Of a DNA stretch of 44,870 nt, positions 36,107-41,938 are shown piece after piece. Each line of letters opens with the position of its first letter. Within the stretch, counting starts at the first letter, position 1. Source of the DNA: Prevotellaceae bacterium (lineage in GTDB: Bacteria; Bacteroidota; Bacteroidia; Bacteroidales; UBA932); contig JAITAP010000026.1 of assembly GCA_031284065.1 (NCBI GenBank), forward strand, positions 1-44,870. Reading direction: 5' to 3'. A program made the position numbers and the translations under genes. Under the pieces are notes generated by a model. It did no database searches. It saw only the letters and a list, made by a program, of their open reading frames with translations, and was not told the DNA's origin.

Positions 36107-38902
36107 ATGAGTACGCTTGTTCGGTTTTTTAGCAACAAAATAATTCTCGTAGCAACGCTCTTGGTGCTGCTGTGCTTGGGGGTTTGGCTATTCTTTTTTA
36201 TTCGCGAAGGCGAAAAAAAGAACAGCATGGACGCCATGCGCGCCATTTCGGAGGACGCTGTGCTTGTGCTTCGCGTGAACGACCTCAACAAGCTTACGCG
36301 CAAGCTGAGCTCCGACAGCGAGCTGGCGCAGCTGCTGCGCCGCGACGCCGCTACGGACAAGCTGAGCCGCTTGCTGCCGTACATAGTAGATACGATGGCG
36401 GGGAGAAACGCTGTGATGGGCGACCTTAGCCAGCAGCCCATTTGGATTTCGGCGCACGTGTTCGGAAAAGAAATGTCTTTTTTGTACGCGCTCAACCTGC
36501 CCGAAAATTTGTACCTGAACAACGTCAAGCAGCTTGTGCCTCTACTTGAGGCAGAGGGCTACAGCGTGGCGGAGCAGCCGTATAGCAACGAAAAAATACT
36601 TACGTTCCGGCGCGAAAAGGTAGATGTGTTTCACGCCACAGTGGTGCGCCGCGTGCTGGTGGTGAGCGCTTCGCGCGTGCTGGTGGAGATGGCCATCCGG
36701 CAGGCAAAGTCGCCGGCGTCGCTGGCGGACAACCAGACCTTTGTGCAGGCTGCGCAAACGGCAGGAGCGCACGAAGATATTAACCTTTACGTCAACAACC
36801 GGCAGCTGCCGCGCCTGCTGGAGACGTACCTGAACGGAGCGTATGCCAAACCGCTGGACTTCCTGAAGCAGCTGGGCAACTTTGCGGTGCTCGACGCCGC
36901 GTTGCGCCCCGACGCGGTGTTGCTCAACGGATTCTTATTCTCCGACGATTTCCGGCGCTCCTACTTTTCAATCCTGTCGAACCAAAGCAGCAAAAAGTTA
37001 ACCACCTTCGATATTCTCCCGCGCGCCACCGACGGCGCGCTGTGCATGGGGATAACCAGCGCGCCGCAGCTGGCGGCGGACTACAACGCTTTTCGCGAAA
37101 TTCGGCAGGCCGGCAACGCACAGCGCAGCGCACAGCTGTCCCTGCTGCGGAGCAAAATAGGAATGGATGCAGCGACGTTTTTTAGCGCCCTGCACCCCTC
37201 CGAGCTGACGCTGGCACATGCGCCCGTAGCCAACATGGAGGCAAAAGACACGTGGTTTATTGCCCTCAAATCGAGCGACGCGGAGGCGGCGCAGGAGGCT
37301 CTGAAAGGCCGAATAGCCTACCTTGCCGCCGCCGAAAAAAAGCACGCCGACAGCTACGTGCAGACCGAAAAAATGAGCAACAACGAGCCGCTCGCCATCT
37401 ACCAAAACCCCGCGCCGGGGTTTGCTGCCGCCCTGCTGGGCAACATCTTTGCGCAGTGCGAAGATACCTACGTTACCTTTATTGGCGACTACCTTGTTTT
37501 TTCGTCGTCGCTTGCAGCCGTAAAGGATTTTGCGCTCTCGGCGCTCCTGAAAAAAACGCTTGCCCAAACGGTAAACCTCGCCGACTACACGGCAACCGAA
37601 TCCAACATGCTCATTTACGTAAACCCCTCAAAGGATAACGCCATTGCGCTAAGCCCGCTCAAGCCCGCGCTACAGAACAGCCTGAAAAAATCGCCGCTGC
37701 TCGCCGCGCTTCACTGCATGGGGTTGCAGCTGCGCGCCATGAACGACAAAGTTTACTGCAACATTTTTCTGAAAACAACCTCAAAAAAAGAGGAAAAACA
37801 GCGCGCGCACGGCATGACGCTGGATTTTGAGGTAAAGCTCGGCGCACCGCTGCGGGCAGCGCCGTGGGTGGTGAAAAACCACAGAACAGGGCAGAAAGAA
37901 ATTTTGGCGCAGGACGTTCAAAACACCATTTACCTTATCGACAACCAGGGCACGCTGCTGTGGAAAAAAGCCATCGGCGAGCCAATCATGGAGCGCGTGC
38001 TGCAAGTTGACTACCTGCGGAACAACAAGCTGCAGCTGCTGTTCAACACCGGCGCCAAGCTCTACATAGTGGACCGGCTGGGGCGCGACGTCGATAAATT
38101 CCCCATCAACTTTGCGTCGCAGGCTTCGGCGCCCGTTGCCGTTTTTGACTACGACCGCTCGCGCGACTACCGCTACTTTGTGCCGTGCAAGGACGGCAAA
38201 ATCCGCTCCTACGAGCGCACGGGCAAGCCGCTGGCCGGCTTTACGCCGCAGGTTACGTTCGGTAGCGTTACGCAGCCCTTGCAGCACATTCGCCTCAAGG
38301 ATAAGGACTACATCATAGCGGCAGACAATCGCCGGTTTTACATCCTGAACCGCAGGGGAGAAGAGCGGGTGCGCCTTCGCGAAAACATTACGCCTGCCTA
38401 CAACAGCCGCATTGCCCCCGAGCACGGTCTCGACGGAAAAACGCTGCGCATGGTAACCACCACCGCCGCCGGAGAGCTGGCGTACATCTACTTTGACGGC
38501 AACGTGGAGCGCGTGGCGCTGACGCCCAAGCCAAACGAGCGCCATTTTTTCAGCTGCTTCGGCGAGGCGGGAAAGATGGCCTACGCCGTAGCCGACGAAA
38601 AGGAGCTGCGCGTGTATGAGCCTAACCTGAGGCTTAAGTTTTCGCACGATTTTGGCCACCTGCTGCCCGCTGCGCCAAGCATGTTTGCCCCGCTACCCGA
38701 CCTCAGCCTGTACGCCGTTTACGTAGAAAGCGAGCAAAAAGCTTACCTGATGAGCGACAACGGGAACATGCTGAACGGGTTCCCCGTCAACGCCGTAGCG
38801 CCGTTGCTGGCGGACAACCTGCGCAACACCCCAGGCGCCTACAACGTGCTTGTGTGCGACGAGGCAGGATTTTTGTCGTGCTTTAGCGTAAACGCCCGCT
38901 AA
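36107..38902 (+). CDS. Large hypothetical membrane-anchored protein (931 aa)
   Basis: An N-terminal TM helix (IILVATLLVLLCLGVWLFFFI), then a long extracytoplasmic region. The C-terminal third has repeated beta-rich segments that suggest a propeller. No family confidently recognised. Confidence 0.55.
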   Translation: MSTLVRFFSNKIILVATLLVLLCLGVWLFFFIREGEKKNSMDAMRAISEDAVLVLRVNDLNKLTRKLSSDSELAQLLRRDAATDKLSRLLPYIVDTMAGRNAVMGDLSQQPIWISAHVFGKEMSFLYALNLPENLYLNNVKQLVPLLEAEGYSVAEQPYSNEKILTFRREKVDVFHATVVRRVLVVSASRVLVEMAIRQAKSPASLADNQTFVQAAQTAGAHEDINLYVNNRQLPRLLETYLNGAYAKPLDFLKQLGNFAVLDAALRPDAVLLNGFLFSDDFRRSYFSILSNQSSKKLTTFDILPRATDGALCMGITSAPQLAADYNAFREIRQAGNAQRSAQLSLLRSKIGMDAATFFSALHPSELTLAHAPVANMEAKDTWFIALKSSDAEAAQEALKGRIAYLAAAEKKHADSYVQTEKMSNNEPLAIYQNPAPGFAAALLGNIFAQCEDTYVTFIGDYLVFSSSLAAVKDFALSALLKKTLAQTVNLADYTATESNMLIYVNPSKDNAIALSPLKPALQNSLKKSPLLAALHCMGLQLRAMNDKVYCNIFLKTTSKKEEKQRAHGMTLDFEVKLGAPLRAAPWVVKNHRTGQKEILAQDVQNTIYLIDNQGTLLWKKAIGEPIMERVLQVDYLRNNKLQLLFNTGAKLYIVDRLGRDVDKFPINFASQASAPVAVFDYDRSRDYRYFVPCKDGKIRSYERTGKPLAGFTPQVTFGSVTQPLQHIRLKDKDYIIAADNRRFYILNRRGEERVRLRENITPAYNSRIAPEHGLDGKTLRMVTTTAAGELAYIYFDGNVERVALTPKPNERHFFSCFGEAGKMAYAVADEKELRVYEPNLRLKFSHDFGHLLPAAPSMFAPLPDLSLYAVYVESEQKAYLMSDNGNMLNGFPVNAVAPLLADNLRNTPGAYNVLVCDEAGFLSCFSVNAR

Positions 38903-38950
38903 CGCCTGCACCGATTAATTTTGTAGAACTACTAAACCCCTGAGCTGAAC

Positions 38951-39205
38951 GTGGAAGCGCTTGTTACGGTACTCCTAATCATTTTTATTGCGGGATTTTT
39001 TCTGCGGCATTTCGGAAAATACCTCCTGCGCTTCTTTCTGTGGCGCATGGCGAAACGCTTTGGGGCAAACAGCAACGCCTTTGACCAAAATCGCAGAAGC
39101 CGCAAGGCGGCGCGGCAGGAGCAGCCCGCACCGGAGCAAATAATCCCCAACAACGTAGGCGAGTACGTGGACTACGAGGAAGTAAAAAAAGAAAACGGGT
39201 TGTAA
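38951..39205 (+). CDS. DUF4834-family small membrane protein
   Basis: N-terminal TM segment, a basic linker, and the characteristic GEYVDYEEVK tail. Confidence 0.55.
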   Translation: MEALVTVLLIIFIAGFFLRHFGKYLLRFFLWRMAKRFGANSNAFDQNRRSRKAARQEQPAPEQIIPNNVGEYVDYEEVKKENGL

Positions 39206-39232
39206 AATAAAAAACATTATTGTATCTTTGCC

Positions 39233-39240
39233 CCCGCAAA
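39233..39240 (+). promoter_or_regulatory. Bacteroidota -7 box TATCTTTG for tRNA-Gln
   Basis: Exact TAnnTTTG match, 17 nt upstream of the tRNA 5' end. Confidence 0.55.
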
Positions 39241-39256
39241 TTTGATTTTGCCGCAC

Positions 39257-39327
39257 TGACCTATGGTGTAATGGCAGCACAACAGATTTTGGTTCTGTTT
39301 GTATAGGTTCGAATCCTGTTAGGTCAA
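39257..39327 (+). tRNA. tRNA-Gln (anticodon UUG)
   Basis: Hand-folded cloverleaf. Acceptor stem TGACCTA/TAGGTCA. D stem GTGT/GCAC. Anticodon stem ACAGA/TCTGT with loop TTTTGGT (anticodon TTG). T arm ATAGG-TTCGAAT-CCTGT. Discriminator A. No encoded CCA. Confidence 0.85.
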
Positions 39328-39353
39328 CAAAAGAAAAATTACGCATCAGCAAG

Positions 39354-39380
39354 CCTCGCAGCAATGCGGGGGTTTTTTTT
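39354..39380 (+). terminator. Rho-independent terminator after tRNA-Gln
   Basis: CCTCGCA-gcaa-TGCGGGG followed by a T8 run. Confidence 0.7.
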
Positions 39381-39406
39381 GCGTGCACTTTTACACGCAA
39401 AATGTG

Positions 39407-39414
39407 TATATTTG
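39407..39414 (+). promoter_or_regulatory. Orphan -7 box TATATTTG facing a ~340-bp non-coding stretch
   Basis: Exact TAnnTTTG match. There is no ORF before 39759, and the palindromic-element arm starts at 39492. Confidence 0.3.
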
Positions 39415-39491
39415 CTCGCGGATTTGTAATAATTATGCAATTAAAAATTTTTGCCATGACTTTCAAAATATATGGGTATTTCGGGAGACTA

Positions 39492-39556
39492 TGTTGCAAC
39501 GAGAGCACATTATACAAAGCCTAATAAATATTTTCAACTAATTCCCCGTAGGGGAA
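39492..39556. repeat. GTTGCAACGAG-terminus element, copy B (single arm)
   Basis: TGTTGCAACGAGAGCACATTATACAAAGCCTAATAAATATTTTCAACTAATTCCCCGTAGGGGAA. It is ~90% identical to the reverse complement of 41811-41879. Confidence 0.7.
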
Positions 39557-39758
39557 TAATATCAACCGAGCGCAGCGAGCTCATGAACACCTTTAAACAC
39601 ACACACAAGGCGAGTAGTAAAAAAGATTTTGCCCGCTTTCGCCCTTAGCCTATCCCGTGGGGTGTTCCGGTCGCCCCATGCGGTTATATCCGTACCTCTG
39701 GCTGCATTAGTTACTCAAAAGAAATGGTTATCTTGGCAACATAAAGTAAGGCGTCATC

Positions 39759-40307
39759 ATGCAAAAACATATTAGCGAATGGCTCTCGGAAGATACTTTA
39801 CATAAAGCCAAAGGAAAAACAAGGATACAGATATTTCAAGAGTTCGGTAACAAGTTGGAGCCTGTTGCCTACATGTTGCCCGAATACCTGCAATATTTAG
39901 GCGACAATATTAAGGATAATCGCGTATATTCAGGAAAAGGGTATTTTATTGACCATGCCCTAAACCATCATCCTGAAGTTCCGATAGAAATGTATTTTGA
40001 GATACAGAATATTCTATGTAACCCGGATGACGTAAAGTTAGACAACAGAAAAGTCAATAAGAAATCCCTTGTATTTATAAAAGAATATGATAGCTTCTAT
40101 CAGGTTGTTGTGGCTGTTGATGAAACCGAAGAAGGCAAATTTTTGGTGCATAAAACATTTAATTACCACCATAAAAAACCGTATGCAGGTTTACCCGGCA
40201 TACGGTCTTCATTATCGTCATTGGTAGGCGGAACAACTACCATCAGTCATACTGAAAGTTCAGCACCCGGCAGCCCCCTTTCTGCTCTTAATGACGTACA
40301 AAAGTAG
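39759..40307 (+). CDS. Hypothetical protein, possibly a Barnase-EndoU-ColE5/RelE-like (PBECR-type) nuclease module
   Basis: 182-aa AT-rich ORF. The pattern GYFIDHALNHHPEV...IQNILCNPDDV...SLVFIKEYD..YQVVVAVDE...FLVHKTFNY resembles standalone modules found in phage and conjugative polyvalent proteins. This is recognition from memory only. Confidence 0.3.
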   Translation: MQKHISEWLSEDTLHKAKGKTRIQIFQEFGNKLEPVAYMLPEYLQYLGDNIKDNRVYSGKGYFIDHALNHHPEVPIEMYFEIQNILCNPDDVKLDNRKVNKKSLVFIKEYDSFYQVVVAVDETEEGKFLVHKTFNYHHKKPYAGLPGIRSSLSSLVGGTTTISHTESSAPGSPLSALNDVQK

Positions 40308-40343
40308 AAAATAATTCTGAAATCTCCAAATGAGCCTGTGTTG

Positions 40344-40481
40344 TGATTTGCTTGCATTTTTAATGCGATGATTTACAGCATGTTGCAGTTATGATTTGCT
40401 TGCATTTTTGAAATTTTGTGGTAACTTGGAGCCTGTTTCCATCATCAAGGATGTACCCAATTATTGTGATTTGCTTGCATT
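40344..40481. repeat. Three direct copies of TGATTTGCTTGCATT(TTT)
   Basis: Copies lie at 40344-40361, 40392-40409 and 40467-40481. A partial fourth (TGATTTGCCGACATT) lies at ~41691. Confidence 0.75.
40431..40474. repeat. 44-bp perfect direct repeat, copy 1
   Basis: GCCTGTTTCCATCATCAAGGATGTACCCAATTATTGTGATTTGC is identical to 41655-41698. Confidence 0.9.
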
Positions 40482-40496
40482 CCATAAAACAGAAAA

Positions 40497-40520
40497 AAAC
40501 CACTCTTTCTTGAGTGGTTT
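40497..40520. terminator. Bidirectional terminator
   Basis: AAACCACTC-tttctt-GAGTGGTTT with A7 upstream and T-rich sequence downstream, between convergent ORFs. Confidence 0.7.
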
Positions 40521-40545
40521 TCTACTTTTCACAAACAGTTTTCGG

Positions 40546-40800
40546 TTACTTTTTTGTACACTTTGTTACCGTCGTAGTGGTGAGAGTTCCTGATGTTGTC
40601 GTGGATGTGCTTTCCAAGTTACGAGCGTCTTCTTCTGTAATATCACACCATTCTTTTTCAACCTTTACAGGGTCTAAGTTGACGCCGGTATAGGTTGCTG
40701 TAGTTACGCATGTATAACATGCTTTTTTATCACATGCTGCAATTCCAAGCATCAACGCTCCTATTGCTAATCCAAAGGGTAATTTTTTTTCATAATTCAT
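40546..40800 (-). CDS. Small Cys-rich lipoprotein (84 aa)
   Basis: Signal peptide and lipobox (GIAAC). The mature part has 5 further Cys residues and a T-rich tail. No family recognised. Confidence 0.5.
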   Translation of the reverse strand: MNYEKKLPFGLAIGALMLGIAACDKKACYTCVTTATYTGVNLDPVKVEKEWCDITEEDARNLESTSTTTSGTLTTTTVTKCTKK

Positions 40801-40995
40801 TTATTTATTTTAATTGTAGATAAAATTTGTAAAAAAGTAAAATAAATTATTGGAGTTTAGCCAATATTGTCGTAAGTTTTTTTCCTTAGTTTCAAATCAA
40901 CATGAACATATTGAAACTTATGTGCCGGGTGGCAGATTGCCCCTACAACCACCATCCGCTCGCGTAACCTATTTGGTAAATTAAAAATTTGTTTC

Positions 40996-41003
40996 TACAT
41001 TTG
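40996..41003 (+). promoter_or_regulatory. -7 box TACATTTG, 5 nt upstream of the ATG at 41009
   Basis: Exact TAnnTTTG match. The spacing implies a leaderless or near-leaderless mRNA. Confidence 0.4.
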
Positions 41004-41008
41004 GCGGC

Positions 41009-41179
41009 ATGAAAGAAGAAGTAAGTAAATATTGCCTTGACTTGTCAAAGTTAATATTTGGCGGCGGTATTGTTGCTTCAATTGTCAGGCAAGATTTTGA
41101 ACTATCGTATGTTGTAGGTATTGGCGGGGCAATGTTTTTTCTTTTACTTGGTCTCGGATTTCTCATGCGTAAAAAATAA
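41009..41179 (+). CDS. Small 2-TM membrane protein (56 aa), paralog of the 41294 ORF
   Basis: MKEEVSKYCLDLSKLIFGGGIVASIVRQDFELSYVVGIGGAMFFLLLGLGFLMRKK. This ORF is below the track's length cut-off and was read by hand. Confidence 0.45.
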   Translation: MKEEVSKYCLDLSKLIFGGGIVASIVRQDFELSYVVGIGGAMFFLLLGLGFLMRKK

Positions 41180-41184
41180 TTATT

Positions 41185-41304
41185 ATGGCATTAGTTATTT
41201 GGTTTTGCATCGGCGGGGTGGCAGGAATAGCCCTCTGTATATGGGCTCTGCTTAGCGAGCGGAGAGAAAAGAAAAAATTGCTACCTTTGCAAAATGAAAG
41301 TTGA
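41185..41304 (+). CDS. Single-TM peptide (39 aa)
   Basis: MALVIWFCIGGVAGIALCIWALLSERREKKKLLPLQNES. It starts 6 nt after the previous stop and overlaps the next ORF by 11 nt. Confidence 0.35.
   Translation: MALVIWFCIGGVAGIALCIWALLSERREKKKLLPLQNES
41282..41289 (+). promoter_or_regulatory. -7 box TACCTTTG, 4 nt upstream of the ATG at 41294
   Basis: Exact TAnnTTTG match, embedded in the 3' end of the 39-aa ORF. Confidence 0.4.
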
Positions 41305-41494
41305 TAGAAGCATATTTACGGACATTTCCAAGGTTTTCTTGGACGTTGCGAAATACGTGTTAACGGGTACTATACTATCCGTCTTCATCGGCGAGTTCAA
41401 AGGCAATTTGTTGATGGTGTATATCGTCAGCCTTGCGGTGCTCTTTGTTTCTGTCGCATTTTACTTGATTTTTCATCAATTAGGGAGAAAATAA
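41294..41494 (+). CDS. Small 2-TM membrane protein (66 aa)
   Basis: Its N-terminal amphipathic segment KVFLDVAKYVLTGTILSVFIG parallels KYCLDLSKLIFGGGIVASIV of the 41009 ORF. Confidence 0.5.
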   Translation: MKVDRSIFTDISKVFLDVAKYVLTGTILSVFIGEFKGNLLMVYIVSLAVLFVSVAFYLIFHQLGRK

Positions 41495-41496
41495 TT

Positions 41497-41598
41497 ATGT
41501 TGGGATTATATTTTGGATTGGCTGGCCTCGTAATGGTTGCCATACTCGGACTTGTGGGCGGATTGCTGCTTGGACAACGACACACAACTCAGCTGTGA
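41497..41598 (+). CDS. Single-TM peptide (33 aa)
   Basis: MLGLYFGLAGLVMVAILGLVGGLLLGQRHTTQL. It starts 3 nt after the previous stop. Confidence 0.35.
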   Translation: MLGLYFGLAGLVMVAILGLVGGLLLGQRHTTQL

Positions 41599-41654
41599 TA
41601 CGATACATGCACCTACTGCCATATATGCGGGATTTGAAATTTTCTGCATTTTGT

Positions 41655-41698
41655 GCCTGTTTCCATCATCAAGGATGTACCCAATTATTGTGATTTGC
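41655..41698. repeat. 44-bp perfect direct repeat, copy 2
   Basis: Identical to 40431-40474. Weaker similarity extends ~20 bp upstream (TTTGAAATTTT...). Confidence 0.9.
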
Positions 41699-41706
41699 CG
41701 ACATTC

Positions 41707-41879
41707 GACTTTGTTGCAACGAATAACATGCTAACTATTACATAAAGTCTAATAAATATTTTCAATTAGCTACGTTCCAATCGGCTGCGCTGAACTCCGC
41801 TTCGCTCCTATTCCCCGTAGGGGAATAATTGAAAATATTTATTAGGCTTTACATAATGTGCGCTCGTTGCAACAAAGTC
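41707..41879. repeat. GTTGCAACGAG-terminus palindromic element, copies C/D (173 bp, complete)
   Basis: Perfect 16-bp terminal inverted repeats, GACTTTGTTGCAACGA and TCGTTGCAACAAAGTC. The ~55-60-bp arms are imperfectly complementary. There is an internal hairpin TTCCCC-gta-GGGGAA. Confidence 0.75.
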
Positions 41880-41903
41880 AATTCTTAGTTCTGATTCTTT
41901 TCG

Positions 41904-41911
41904 TATCTTTG
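41904..41911 (+). promoter_or_regulatory. Bacteroidota -7 box TATCTTTG
   Basis: Exact TAnnTTTG match, 28 nt upstream of the ATG at 41939. Confidence 0.5.
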
Positions 41912-41938
41912 TCCCTTGTGCATCATTCAACTCCGGCA

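Noticed and set aside
38975-39517. 180-aa minus-strand ORF
   Set aside because: It runs antisense across the DUF4834 gene, the tRNA-Gln gene and its terminator, so it is not credible as a gene.
40396-40593. 65-aa plus-strand ORF (and the 65-aa ORF at 41537-41734)
   Set aside because: Both are read across the iteron-like repeats or the 44-bp repeat, and across a terminator hairpin. The shared 44-bp repeat is in different frames in the two ORFs, which argues against coding.
39257-41879. Classical tRNA-integrated island with attL/attR
   Set aside because: I could not find a second copy of the tRNA-Gln 3' segment (GGTTCGAATCCTGTTAGGTCA) at the distal end. No integrase gene is present.
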